From assembly GCA_965214095.1 (NCBI GenBank), contig OZ243938.1, positions 2,080,001 to 2,144,000 of the forward strand: 64,000 nucleotides of DNA. Reading direction: 5' to 3'. Shown here piece by piece: positions 40,113 to 53,700 of this stretch. The position numbers and the translations under genes were made by a program. The first letter of the stretch is position 1; every line of letters begins with the position of its first letter. The notes beneath the pieces were generated by a model that saw nothing but the letters and a program-made list of their open reading frames with translations, was not told the origin of the DNA and made no database searches. The DNA is from Candidatus Poribacteria bacterium. GTDB lineage: Bacteria; Poribacteria; WGA-4E; WGA-3G.

Positions 40113-43100
40113 TTATTGTTTGGGTTCAGGTAATGCATACATTCCTCGACGCACTTTAACAATCTCATTAGTATCCACAAGGCGTCTCATTTCTTGTTTT
40201 ATTGATACAGGATGTCCTTCAACACATTCCACCAATTCCGCTGTGGTTTTGTCACCAGTGGAGAGAGCAGATAGAATTTGTTCTTGAAGTGGTACACGTA
40301 GGGGTATGCCACCTCTGAGTCTTTGCAATACACGGTTTGCTTGGCGCGTGGAGCATCCTAAGATCCGTTCCACCTCTGCTCTGCTGTATTCTGCTGTGAT
40401 ATTCTCACGTTCCTTTTCAAAACGTTGGCGTGTTGCGACTGTTTCAGGGAGTTTGTCTAACCCACCCGCTACTTCAAAATCTTCCCAGTCAAAAAGGATG
40501 GTTTCAGGTCTATCTGTAATGTCCGGCAGTTTAACACTCGTGATTAATACAATCTTCTTGCCAGTTAAGCTGTTTAATCGAGCACGTCCTATAACATTCG
40601 TAAAAAGACTGATGATATGTTGGTTACTTTCATTCTGAACTCGTTCGTCTTTAAATATGCCCGTTTCAGAATCAACTTCATAGGAGATAGGTTTCTCATC
40701 GTTTCCAAACAACATTTGTGATCGTAACCACAAAACCCCTGGTGCCCAATATGGTGTTCCAATTAACCATACGACTTGTGCTTCTGCCAAATCGGTATCA
40801 AATTGATCTATATTTTTAAAATGTGTGATGCAATAAGTGTTTTCATTATTAACAAATTCCAGAATCCATTTTGCAAAGGTATTATAGGTGATTATTACAT
40901 GCTTGATGTTCGGAGTCCTCTCAATTTCTCCGAGAATACCGAGAAGAAAACGCAATGCTGTTTTTGACAACCATGATTTGTTCCAATTATCGTCATAGTC
41001 AACAAGTGAATGTAGTGGATAGTTACCCGTCCGAATCTGAAAAACTTGATTTCCCGTTTGCCATGTAGTAGGTTTAACTTGTAATACTTCGGCTTTCTCC
41101 GTTGGAAATATATTATGATAATGTCGTTGAAACAAACCTGAAGACATTATCAATAGACGTTCAACCTTTGGATGCAATACTGGTGGTATCCAGAACAGTA
41201 GCGTATCATTACTTAATCCTATAGGGGCATCAACATCTCGCTTGTAGTGTTCAAAATACCGTTGTAACTGATGCCAAATCGTCCAGTTTGGATCTTGATA
41301 GACAGTTGGTAATGCCCGAATCTTTTCCAAGGTGCTTATATCGAAGACACCTAACTCAATAGCTTGAGTCATCTGCATTGGTATTTTGACATCTTCGTTG
41401 AGTAGAAAATATCTGAGATGAAAAGAAGGTAATCCTTTTTCCCTGAGTCTATTCGCAGCTTTCTCGTTTAAAGGTATGTAAGCAAACTTTCCGCTCTCAA
41501 ATTGTATCGTGTGCCGTGCTAACTCCTCTCCAGTTTCCTTATCAACGATCCCATGCTCAATGACTTTACCTTGTACATTGACTTGACACATCTGTTCTAC
41601 AAGTTCTTTTTTCTGCTGTTGGAATAGGTTTACGGTTGCTCGGATGCGTTGCACAATACTATATCCATTTACATCTCTGGTTTCCAGAATATTTAGTAAG
41701 GCTCTGGCAAAGTTCCCTAAGACATATCCATGCCATTGTTCGTTCCACTCTTCCAATAATTCTTTTGGTATGATACATTCAATAAACATACTATGCAGCT
41801 CATTCTCATACATAATACAGAGTCTATCTGTGTTATCACTTTTTTCAAGAATGTCATCTAACAATCCTGCGTATATGGGATTGAAAAACAGTTTGGGCGT
41901 GTAGACAATCTGTGCCATCACTTGTTTTAATGTATTGTATTGTGATAGATAACCTCGTTGCTGACACTCCGTGTGTACCGGACACTGTGGACAGATACTG
42001 ACACGAGGATCTCCCCCTTTTATCTGAAGTTCATTGCACCGTTTTGGATCCTCACAGACATTACCTCCTTGAAAAGGGTTTGCCATCCTCATTTCAATGG
42101 GTATATCTTTCACTTGATTCCATTTATAATTCCTCGGTTTCCATAGAGCGACTGCTGGTAAATTATGTTTCTCAAAATGTTGTAATGCTTCCTCTGCTAC
42201 TTCAATGTTCGGAATGTTTAAGCAGATCGTCCCACTATCACGGAGATAAGATTCGATGCCTGAGTTTGTTCCAGCACTCGTGTCAGTGATAAGTCCGGTA
42301 ATTCGTGTAGTTCGGTCAATGATTTTCCTTATAAAATCTATATTCTTTTCGTAGGTCTCGTAAGTGTTTGTTGTGTATGTCTGCTCGCTCAGTATAGGAG
42401 CAGATCGTTTTAGTCCCAACGGACTTAGCTGACCTTCACGGACTGCCCAGACCTTATCTGAAATAGGTAATATGCTTTTAGGTGTTGACGGTTGAATTCC
42501 GGTATCCTTCCAGACATCTGTTATAGGTGTGGGTTCTACGGGTAATTCCGTATCCTCCACAGAGGCGGGTACATCCACCCACTTAAACGGCCATATCCAC
42601 ACGGTGTCGTCGCACTCCCAAAGAGATACGTAGATGTTAGGAGTATTGTTGTTGAACTTTGCCCAATAGTGAAAAGCATCTTCTTTACGTATATATGAAA
42701 ATCCTCGCTTTACAAATGCAGCATTAGCAAGATCAAGATTATGTGAAGCGAGTGTTGGTAATTCTGTAGTTGCAGATGGAATATTAGGTCTTAGTTGATG
42801 TTCACTTGGAGGAATTGGTTTGTGAATCAGAGTGCGGAGTGTATCAACATGAGCAAACAGGACATCTTTTCTAATGATAGGCGGATTTAATAGGTCTCCT
42901 GTCAGGATCTCGTAGCGTGCATCCCAACAACTCAGTCCATTTTCTCCAAAGATTACAAGATAAACTTCTTGATGATTTGGCTCATCTACGGTTGATGCCC
43001 CACCACAAATATACAATCTTGCTTCCTTTGTATTTGGATGTAAGTAATCTGGCACTCTGCAGGAAAAGCGTAACCCACCAGATTCTGTAATAGTCAACAA

Positions 43101-43577
43101 CGGATTAACAACAGCATTGGTCAGTGCTTCTATACAAGCCATAACAGCCTCTGGTTCAGCACATAATGCTTGATATGTAAATTCCAGATCGTGCCATCTT
43201 GCGCCATTGTGTTCAGAGAATATACCTGTATAGATCTGAATTCCCAATGAAGACTTCCAATGTCTTAGCCCGCGGTTCATAAAACTCTCTGGTCTAAGAA
43301 ATCGTTGCTCTTCGGAAAAAGTCCTATGATGTCGGTCATGTTTTGAAGCAAGACCTATAGGTACGAAGCTGATATGAGCTTGTTCTAAATCACTTAGCAT
43401 GACAGGATATTTGTGTGCACAATAGACTGTAAATTGATGCGTGTAGTTCTTGTTGAATAGGCAATGCGTTGCCAATCCTTTCCGCTGGTTAAGCGGTTTA
43501 TTGTGTCGCTGGTGGCAGTATTCTAATATGTCTTTAAAATCCATCATGAGATTACCTACCTTGCGTATCAGAATCAA
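40113..43577 (-). CDS. Large hypothetical protein: Prim-Pol-like N-terminus, degenerate helicase-like core with Cys cluster, C-terminal HTH/wHTH
   Basis: GIQIYTG, HDLEF, TESGGLRF; C..P..C...CPQCP..C; RAEVERILGCSTRQANR; LVDTNEIVKVRRGMY; true start may be the ATG about 10 codons in. Confidence 0.55.
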   Translation of the reverse strand: MILIRKVGNLMMDFKDILEYCHQRHNKPLNQRKGLATHCLFNKNYTHQFTVYCAHKYPVMLSDLEQAHISFVPIGLASKHDRHHRTFSEEQRFLRPESFMNRGLRHWKSSLGIQIYTGIFSEHNGARWHDLEFTYQALCAEPEAVMACIEALTNAVVNPLLTITESGGLRFSCRVPDYLHPNTKEARLYICGGASTVDEPNHQEVYLVIFGENGLSCWDARYEILTGDLLNPPIIRKDVLFAHVDTLRTLIHKPIPPSEHQLRPNIPSATTELPTLASHNLDLANAAFVKRGFSYIRKEDAFHYWAKFNNNTPNIYVSLWECDDTVWIWPFKWVDVPASVEDTELPVEPTPITDVWKDTGIQPSTPKSILPISDKVWAVREGQLSPLGLKRSAPILSEQTYTTNTYETYEKNIDFIRKIIDRTTRITGLITDTSAGTNSGIESYLRDSGTICLNIPNIEVAEEALQHFEKHNLPAVALWKPRNYKWNQVKDIPIEMRMANPFQGGNVCEDPKRCNELQIKGGDPRVSICPQCPVHTECQQRGYLSQYNTLKQVMAQIVYTPKLFFNPIYAGLLDDILEKSDNTDRLCIMYENELHSMFIECIIPKELLEEWNEQWHGYVLGNFARALLNILETRDVNGYSIVQRIRATVNLFQQQKKELVEQMCQVNVQGKVIEHGIVDKETGEELARHTIQFESGKFAYIPLNEKAANRLREKGLPSFHLRYFLLNEDVKIPMQMTQAIELGVFDISTLEKIRALPTVYQDPNWTIWHQLQRYFEHYKRDVDAPIGLSNDTLLFWIPPVLHPKVERLLIMSSGLFQRHYHNIFPTEKAEVLQVKPTTWQTGNQVFQIRTGNYPLHSLVDYDDNWNKSWLSKTALRFLLGILGEIERTPNIKHVIITYNTFAKWILEFVNNENTYCITHFKNIDQFDTDLAEAQVVWLIGTPYWAPGVLWLRSQMLFGNDEKPISYEVDSETGIFKDERVQNESNQHIISLFTNVIGRARLNSLTGKKIVLITSVKLPDITDRPETILFDWEDFEVAGGLDKLPETVATRQRFEKERENITAEYSRAEVERILGCSTRQANRVLQRLRGGIPLRVPLQEQILSALSTGDKTTAELVECVEGHPVSIKQEMRRLVDTNEIVKVRRGMYALPEPKQ

Positions 43578-44102
43578 TCTGTAATTCTTATTACTAAGAA
43601 ATTTTCAAAATTGTGGAATGTGGTAAAAAAATGTTTAAATAAGGTTATTGACATCAATATAAATGTAACAAATAGTAAATATAAAATATTATCACAATTC
43701 TACTTCTAAGTCAAGTATATCCAAATATTAACATAGCATCCATTCATAAAAAAAGCCACCATAATAATAAATAGTGTAAAGTCAAAATATATTATATGGT
43801 TAATATTATATAACGCCTTTATACTATTTTATGGTTATTTTGTATTTTCTTTCCTATATCTATAATATGATCCCGTAAGTTATAAACGATTATATGGTAG
43901 GAATATAACCCAAAACCATAAATATATCAAAACGCCAGTTGAATGATCTAAAGTCAATCCATTCAATAGGTTTGAAATGAAACCTTAATCAACATATAAA
44001 GTGTTTCATTGAATTATCCGCTCTACAAAACCATAAATACACATAACAAACCCAATCTATCTTACTTTTTCTGGTAAAAAGAGCGAAATTTCTATAATTT
44101 TG

Positions 44103-44131
44103 TTGACATTACACCACTATATCCATATAAT
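44103..44131 (+). promoter_or_regulatory. Consensus sigma70 promoter upstream of the first giant-protein locus
   Basis: TTGACA-17 bp-TATAAT. Confidence 0.7.
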
Positions 44132-44230
44132 TAATAGTGTTAAGACTTATATAAATATTGTATAATAATATTTATAGTCTTAATCTTATTATACGCGTTA
44201 TATACCATAATTTGATGTAAAGGGGAGACA

Positions 44231-44582
44231 TTGAAGACTTTAAATTTCTATCCCAAAGCGATTCTATCCATTTTACTTTCTCTGTTAACGATATTTTGTA
44301 TTCAGATATCTGGTTATGCGAACAACAATCCTGTTTTACTGGTGGTGATTCATCAGAACGAGATGTTCGTGAGCATTACGCTGCCGATGAAAACATTGGT
44401 GACCTTGGATCCTACAACCGATGATGCCTAATCAATTGTCTGGGTGGTGGAGATGTGTCTGAGTTTGATATAGAGAGCACTATCGGACAGTTAAAGACGA
44501 AGAGAACACTTGATTATGAAAACAAGTAAACTTATAAGTTGACATTTACTGTCTTAGTCAACAGTGACGGGAGTGATACTAT
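44231..44582 (+). pseudogene. Decayed signal peptide plus cadherin-domain gene
   Basis: GGAG SD and signal peptide, then across frameshifts NNPV..R.V.E...NIG..LGGGD..FDIEST.GQLKTK.TLDYENK*; ends at a MITE. Confidence 0.75.
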
Positions 44583-44719
44583 TATAGCGAAATCATAAAA
44601 TTTGTGCACAATCCCGGTAGATGCGGTTTCCTAACCGCATCTATGTGACTAAACAAACACCGGTTCGGTTCTGAAACCGAACCTACCGTCGTGTGCAAAT
44701 AATTATGGTTTTTACTAGA
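44583..44719. mobile_element. 137-bp MITE (shell S3) with inverted REP-A pair; empty allele
   Basis: Ends TATAGCGAAATCATAA..TTGTGCAC / GTGCAAATAATTATGGTTTTTACTAGA; CGGTAGATGCGGTTTCCTAACCGCATC ... GGTTCGGTTCTGAAACCGAACCTACCG. Confidence 0.75.
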
Positions 44720-44734
44720 AGAAGGAAGTTTACG

Positions 44735-47700
44735 GTGAAAAGAATATTTGTTTTGGTTTCATTTTTTTTGATTCTTGGTTTACAAATAACAGGTTTTACG
44801 GAAATCACTCCAGTGGTTGATCGCACAACACAGGTACGTGATGCTATAGTGGCTGCTGCGAGTGTTAATTCCGCAAGTGATGTGACTGAGACACAACTTG
44901 TTGCTATCACAAGTCTGAACCTACGTTCAAAAGGTATTACAGCACTAAAATCTGGTGATTTTTCTGGGATGACTGGATTAACAAGTCTGAATTTGTATAA
45001 TAACGAACTCAGCAGTCTACCTGACGGTATCTTTGAAGGACTTACTGCGTTGTCAAGTCTGCGATTAGGTGGCAACACTGTTGATCCGATGCCGATAACC
45101 GTATTACTTGAAGAAGTCGGAGAAGACCAAATCAAAGCAATTGCACCCACAGGTGCTCCTTTTGATATAGTGCTCCCAATTAGTGTTACTAATGGTAGTC
45201 TTTCTGAAGATGTTACTTCGCTTACTATTTCCAAAGGTAGTACGAAAAGTAATTTAGTGCTAGTTTCTCGAACTGCGGGAACGACTGCAGCGGTAACTGC
45301 CAATATCGGAACATTATCCAGTGTACCGAATAATCACTACGGTTATGCACTCTCCAAATCCGATACATTACCGCTTGAAGTTATCGGTGTCATCAGTACG
45401 CCACCAGAAACTCCGATAGAACCAGAAACACCAGTGGAACCAGAAACACCAGTGGAACCAGAAACACCTGATAATACGGCCCCGATGTTCAATGATGACA
45501 CTATTGTCGTCCGTTCGGTATCTGAAAACACAGCACCAGATGTGAATATTGGGAGTGCGGTTTCAGCCACTGATGCTGAAAATAATACATTAATATATAG
45601 TCTCAGTGGAGTGAATGCGGACTCATTTTCAATTGTAAGTACGACAGGACAATTAAAAACGAAATCTTCATTGAACTATGAGACAAAACGGATTTATTCA
45701 GTATCAATTACTGTCTCCGATGGGAACCTTACAGATTCTATAACTGTGATTATCAGCATAATTGATATAGACGAAACACCTTATGTTTCTACAATGCTTT
45801 CTGTTGAGGATCGCACACCAGAAGTGCGTGATGCTATTGTTGCAGCAATACCCAGTGTAAGTGCTGCTGAAGATGTGACTGAAACTCACCTTGCAGCGAT
45901 TACCTCTCTAAACCTTCGGACTGCTGGGATTTCAGAACTCAAAACAGGCGATTTTTCAGGTTTAACAGGTCTTACAAATCTAAGTCTCTACGACAATATG
46001 TTGGAGAGACTACCCGTAGGCATATTTGAAGGACTCACATCGCTAACTACCCTTCGTTTAGGTAGTAACCTTGCAGACCCAATACCGCTCATTGTATCAC
46101 TTCAACAAGTTGCTGCTGATCAGTTCCAGGCTATTGTTCATACAGGGGCACCATTTAATGTTGTCCTACCGATAGAAGTGACCAATGGCATAACGAGTAA
46201 TGGAGAAACGACAATCACAATACCACAAGGGAGTCTGAAGAGTGATGCATTCACTGTCGTATCAACGAGCACATTAGAGGCTATTGGCGTATCTATTGGA
46301 ACATTACCTTCCTTACCCGCGAACCATTATGGTTATATTTTGGCAAGATCAGCAGTGTGTAGCCGCACTCCGCAAGTCGCAGATGCAATTGCCGCTGCTG
46401 TGTCCGGTGCAAGTGACTGCAATAATGTGACAGATGTTGATTTAGCGACCATCACATCGCTTGATCTAAGCGATGTGGATATTACATCACTGAGAACAGA
46501 TGATTTCTCAGGATTACTGTCACTATCAGCACTCAACCTTTCAAATAACCTATTAGATAGTCTACCTGACGGTATTTTTGACAGTTTGACATCATTAACA
46601 TCCCTTAACTTGAGTGGTAATACTGTTGACCCATTTCCCTTTGGGATTGCATTGGAGAAGGTTGGAGAAGACCAATTCACAGCCGGAATATTAACAGGTG
46701 CTCCTTTTGATATTGTTTTGCCGATCACTGTAGCGAATGGTAGTCTCAGTGGTAATGTGACGACTCTTACGATTCTTCAAGGGAACAGAGACAGCATGGC
46801 TGTGAGTGTTGTCCGAACTCCTAAAACTTTTGGGGCTGTCACAGTTAATTTGGGTGCCTTACCGAGTCTACCTACAATACAAACAGGTTATGCACTTGTC
46901 AAGTCCAATCAAGTGCCGTTGGAGATTCTTCCAGCACTAAATGTTGCGCCTGAGTTCATTGATGGTGAGAGCACAACGCGTTCTATTGCAGAACGGACAG
47001 TAGCCGATGTAAATATCGGTAGTCCTGTTTCCGCTACGGATGGTGATGGTGATACTCTAACCTATAATCTTAGTGGTACCGATGTTGAATCTTTTAATTT
47101 TGATAGTACGACAGGGCAACTAAAAACAAAATCTGAACTGGATTATGAAGAAAGAATATCTTATACGGTCACAATTACTGTTTCCGATGGCGTTCTCACA
47201 GATACTATCACAGTTACCATCAATATTACTGACATAAATGATAACCGTAGACCTGAGTTTACAGAAGGTGATAGTGCTACAAGGATCATAGCGGAAAGTA
47301 CGAATGCTGGTGTAGACATTGGGAGTGCTGTTTCCGCAACCGATCCTGATGAGGACACCCTGACCTATAGTCTTTCAGGCACAGATGCTTCTGCATTTGA
47401 TATTGACAGTTCAACAGGTCAATTACAAACGAAAGCATCCTTAGATTATGAAACGAAATCATCATATTCGGTAACAGTAGATGTATCTGACGATGAGTTT
47501 TCGGACAGTATTACTGTCACAATCAACATCGCAGATATAGATGAAACCACTGCCGATGTAAATGATGACACACCGAATAACGCGCCTGTTTTTACCGACG
47601 GTGAGTCTACTACGCGATCCGTTGCAGAAAATACGGGTTCCGGTGTTGACATTGGTAATCCTATTTCTGCAACAGATGAAGACAAAGACACTTTAAGCTA

Positions 47701-50700
47701 CAGTCTTGGCGGTACAGATGCATTATCGTTCAGTGTCGGTAGCACGAATGGTCAATTGCGAACAAGCGCAGCTCTCAACTATGAAACGAAATCTTCCTAT
47801 TCAGTGATAATAACGGTTTCTGATGGCAATGAAGGCAGTGCTACCATCAGCGTAACCATCAATATTACAGATGTGTTAGAGAAAACCAATACAGCTCCTC
47901 AGTTCACGGATGGCAGTACCACGTCGCGTTCGGTTGCTGAGAATATAGGATCGGGTGTAGATATTGGCAGTGCTGTCTCTGCGACAGATGCTGACGATGA
48001 TACTTTAACTTATAGTCTCGGTGGCACAGATGCAGCATCTTTTACCGTTGGAAGTGCGAATGGTCAACTGCGAACGAGCGCATCACTTGATTATGAAACG
48101 AAGTCCTCCTATTCAGTGATGATCACGGTCACCGATGGAAGAGGTGGAAGTGATTCTATTGTTATCACAATCAATGTTACGGATATTGTTGAGGCAACAA
48201 ATACAGCACCCACATTCACAGATGGCAGCAGCACATCTCGTTCCATAGCAGAGAACACAGGTTCGGGTGTAGACATTGGCAGTGCTGTTTCTGCGACAGA
48301 TGCTGACGATGACACGTTGTCTTACAGTTTAGGTGGAACGGATGGGTCCTCATTTAGTATTGATAGTAGTTCAGGACAACTCCGCACCAGTGCATCGCTG
48401 GATTATGAAACAAAGTCATCATATATCGTAACGATGACCGTATCTGATGGAAAAGGTGGTAGTGACAGCATCACAATCACTATCAATATCACTGATGTAG
48501 ATGAAGCGACGAATACTGCACCAATCTTCACAGAGGGTAGCAGTACATCGCGCACCATAGATGAGAATACGGGTTCGGGTGTAGACATTGGCAGTGCTGT
48601 TTCTGCGACAGATGCTGACAATGATACTTTAACTTATAGTCTCAGTGGCACAGATGGATCTTCGTTTAGTATTGATAGTAGTTCAGGACAACTCCGCACC
48701 AGTGCATCACTGGATTATGAAACCAAGTCATCCTATACCGTAACGATTTCTGTCTCCGATGGGAATGGTGGTAGTGCAAGTATCACGGTCACCATTGATG
48801 TCAACGATATCGACGAAAGTCCTGCCAACAACGTTCCTGTCTTCACAGATGGCAGCAGCACGACCCGCACTATTGCTGAAAATACAGCAACGAATGTGAA
48901 CATTGGTAGTCCTGTGTCTGCAACTGATGCTGACGATGATACATTATCCTATGGTTTGATTGGCATAGATGCCAGTTCTTTTAGCATTGATAGCACGACA
49001 GGACAGTTGAAAACAAAAGCAGCTCTTAACTTTGAAACGAAAGCTTCGTATAAAGTCACGGTGTCCGCATCTGATGGTCAAGGTGGCAGTACCAGGATCA
49101 ACGTAACGATAAACGTCACGAATGTCAACGAAGCACCGGTGTTTACTGCGGGAACAAGCACAATCCGCTCAATCGCAGAAAACGCTGGTTCTGGCATAAA
49201 TATAGGGAGTGTTGTGTCTGCAACGGATGTTGACAGCCCGACATTAACCTATACCCTCGGTGGTACGGACGCAGCATCATTTGACATTGAATCTACAACA
49301 GGACAATTGAAAACGAAGGTAGCTTTGGATTATGAAACAAAAGCATCCTATTCCATAACCATTACGGTATCAGATGGCAGCCTTACGGATTCCATCACAG
49401 TGACAATCAACGTCCGAGACTTAGACGAAACACCTTCAAACATTGCGCCTGTTTTCACTGATGGTGACGATACAACACGTTCAATTGCAGAGAATACTGC
49501 ATCTGAGACCAACATTGGAGATGCAATTGCTGCTACAGACGAGGATAGTGCTGTCCTCGCATATCTACTTAGTGGAACAGATGCTTCTTCATTTACCATT
49601 GATGGGACTACAGGACAGTTGAAAACAAGTGCTGTCTTGAACTTTGAAACGAAAGCGAAATATACAGTGACTGTGACCGTCTCCGATGGTAGTCTTACCG
49701 ACAAAATTACTGTCACGATTAACGTCACAAATGTCAACGAAGCCCCTGTGTTCACGGCAGGTGCGACAGCAACACGTAGTGTTGCAGAAAATACGGCAGC
49801 AGAGACGAACATTGGTGCTGTTCTTGCGGCAACCGATCCCGATGCTAACGACACCATAACTTACAGCCTCGGTGGCACGGATGCGGCATCGTTCAATATT
49901 GTCAGCACATCCGGTCAACTTAAAACGAAAGCAGCACTTGATTATGAAACCAAAACTTCCTACGAGGTCACGGTGACTGCGACTGATTCTGGGAATGCTA
50001 CTGACACAATCTCTGTCACGATCAATGTCTCGGATGTCAATGAGAACCGTGCCCCAGCATTTGCGAGTGAAAGCACCACTCGTTCCATCGCAGAAAACAC
50101 AGGTTCTGGTATCAACATTGGAGATGCTGTCTCCGCTACAGACCCCGACACCGACGACACACTTGTATATTCACTGGGAGGCACAGATGCTGCGTCCTTT
50201 GATATTGGCAGCACAAATGGACAACTCAGAACAAAAGCTGCTCTGGACTATGAAACAAAATCCTCATATTCCGTGACAGTATCGGTCTCTGATGGAAACG
50301 GAGGAACGGATTCAATATCTGTCACCATCAATATTACAGATGTCAATGAGAACCGTGCCCCAGCATTTGCGAGTGAAAGCACCACACGTTCCATCGCAGA
50401 AAACACAGGTTCTGGTGTCAACATCGGAGATGCTGTCTCCGCGACAGATCCCGACACCGATGACACGTTGGAATATTCACTCGGTGGCACAGATGCCGCT
50501 TCATTTGACATCGGCAGCACAAACGGACAACTCAGAACAAAAGCTGCTCTTGATTATGAAACCAAAGCCTCGTATTCCGTTACAGTATCTGTTTCTGACG
50601 GAAATGGTGGTACAGATTCAATATCTGTCACCATCAATATTACAGATGTCAATGAAAACCGTGCCCCCGTATTTGCGAGTGAAAGCACCACACGTTCCAT

Positions 50701-53700
50701 CGCAGAAAACACAGGTTCTGGTGTCAACATCGGAGATGCTGTCTCCGCGACAGATCCCGACACCGATGACACGTTGGAATATTCACTCGGTGGCACAGAT
50801 GCCGCTTCATTTGAAATCGGCAGCACAAACGGACAACTCAGAACAAAAGCTGCGCTTGACTATGAAACCAAAGCCTCGTATTCCGTTACAGTATCTGTTT
50901 CTGACGGTAATGGTGGCACAGATTCGATCTCCGTCACCATCAATGTTACGGATGTGCCCGAGAACCGTGCCCCGGCATTTAGCACGGACAGTGCTACGCG
51001 ATCCGTCGCTGAAAATACAGGTTCCGGTGTCAACATCGGCATAGCAATTACCGCAACCGATCCTGATAGTAGTGACACGTTGGAATACTCACTGGGTGGC
51101 ACAGATGCGAGTTCTTTTAGTATTGACAGCACATCAGGACAACTCAGAACAAATGCTGCGCTAAACTATGAAACCAAAAGCTCGTACTCCGTGACGGTTT
51201 CTGTTTCGGATGGAAATGGTGGAACGGATTCTATCGCTGTCACCATCAACGTTACAGATGTCAACGAAGCACCCACATTTACGGAGAATTCACCAACCAC
51301 GCGGTCAATTTCAGAAAATACAGCTTCGGACACGAATATCGGGAGTGCTGTGTCTGCGACTGATCCGGATTCGGGTGACTCTTTGACTTATGGTCTTGGT
51401 GGGACAGATGCGGCTTCGTTTAGCATTGATAGTAGTTCAGGACAATTGAAAACAAAAGCCGCACTTGACTATGAAGATGATGATGGTTATGAAGTGACCG
51501 TTATTGTCTCTGATGATAACTCATCAACTTCAATCACTGTCAACATTTCTATCTCGGATGTCAACGAAGCACCTACATTCACAGAAAGTTCACCAGCGAC
51601 TCGGTCTATAGATGAACATACTGTTTCTGGACAGAATATCGGAAGTGCTGTATCCGCTACAGATCCTGAGGGTGATACGTTGACATATACACTTGAAGGC
51701 ACAGATGCCTCATCCTTCAGTATTGTCAGCACGAGTGGGCAGCTACAGACAAAGGTTGCATTGGATTATGAAACTACGACTTCATACTCTGTATCAGTTA
51801 AGGTCTCTGACAGTTCTCTTACAAGCACAATCTCTGTCACCATCAATGTTACCGATGTCACTGAGAACCGTGCACCCTCATTTTCAGACAGTAGTTTCTC
51901 TTACAGAATATCAGACATTGAAAACGCATCTGTGGGGGATAGCATTGGTGATCCTGTCACTGCGTCCGATGCCGATGACGACACATTGAGTTATAGTGTT
52001 GGTGGGGATGATGCCGCTCTGTTTGATATTGATAGCAGTTCTGGACAACTGAAAGTCACACAATCTCTTATTGATCATAGCAGTTCTGCTTATTCAATAA
52101 AGGTGATTGCTACGGATCCTGATGATGCCACAGCTGAAATATCAGGAACGATATTTGTTACCCGTGTCACAAGACAATTAGCAAACAACCCACCTATATT
52201 TGATGATGGTGAAAGCATAACCCTTTCAGTCGCAGAAAATACTGCATCCGGAGTAAATATCGGTACTCCTATCACTGCCACAGACGATGATGCAGACGAT
52301 ACATTGACCTATAGTTTGGAAGGCACAGATGCGGCTTCGTTTTCTATTGTCAGCACGAGTGGACAGTTGCAAACCAGTACCGCGTTAGACTATGAAACAA
52401 AGAACTCATATTCGGTAACTGTCAAGGTCACTGATGATAGTGGGGCAAGTAACAATAGTGACACGATTGCTGTTGCCATCAATGTGACTGACGTGGATGA
52501 AGGTATTACTCCTGAAATAAACAATGCCCCAGTATTTGCTGATGAGAGCACAACCCTTTCAGTCGTAGAAAATACTGCATCCGGAGTAAATATCGGTAGT
52601 CCTATCACTGCCACAGATGATGATGCAAGCGATACATTGACCTACAGTCTTGAAGGCACAGATGCAGCATCGTTTTCTATTGTTAGCACGAGTGGACAGT
52701 TGCAAACCAGTGCTGCGTTGGACTATGCAACGAAGAACTCATATTCTATAACTGTGAAAGTCACTGACGATAGTGGTGCAAGTAATAATAGTGATACCAT
52801 CACTGTTACGATCAATGTCACAATCGAAACACTTCTCAGTAACCGTACAGCTGGGGTTAGGAATGCGATTTTAAATGCTATTGAAGGTGTAGATGATGCA
52901 GCTGATGTTACTGAAACGCATCTTGCAGCGATCACAGGAACATTAGACCTAGCTGGGGATAAAAGTATCAGGGCAAATGGTCTCAAATCTGGCGATTTTG
53001 AAGGTCTTACCAGTTTGACAGGACTCAGCTTGGGACAAAACGAGTTAACAATACTTCCAGATGGCATTTTTGAGGATCTTACCAGTTTAACAACACTCGA
53101 CTTGACTGGAAACGAGTTAACATCACTTCCAGATGACATTTTTGAGGATCTTACCAGTTTGACAACACTCAAGTTGATCAGTAACGATATAACAACACTT
53201 CCAGATGGCATTTTTGACAATCTTACCAGTTTGACACTCCTTGACTTCTTTCTAAACGAGTTAACATCACTTCCAGATGGCATTTTTGATAACCTCACCA
53301 GTTTGACACACCTTAACTTGGATTTTACCGAGATCGCATCGATATCTGCTACAATCTTTGATAATCTGACTTCGCTTACGATACTTGAGTTTGAAGCCGG
53401 TAACTTAACAAGTCTTCCAGCGGGTGTTTTTGACAACCTTACAGCACTGACAAGACTTGATCTGGATGGTCATGAAATCAGCATATTACCTGATGGGATC
53501 TTTAAGAATCTTACTAATCTGGAGATCCTTGAATTGGATAGTAATGAATTGTCTACTATACCAGCAGGAACGTTTGCCGGTTTAACCAATATAAAAGAAC
53601 TCTATTTATATGGTAACGCAGTTGAACCGCTGCCTATCAATATAGATTTTGTGGCAGTTCCAGGAGGTAAAATTAAAGCGGTTGCTCCGATAGGCGCACC

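Noticed and set aside
43578-44230. Very AT-rich spacer as a replication origin or ncRNA
   Set aside because: No DnaA-box cluster, iterons or recognisable RNA structure seen
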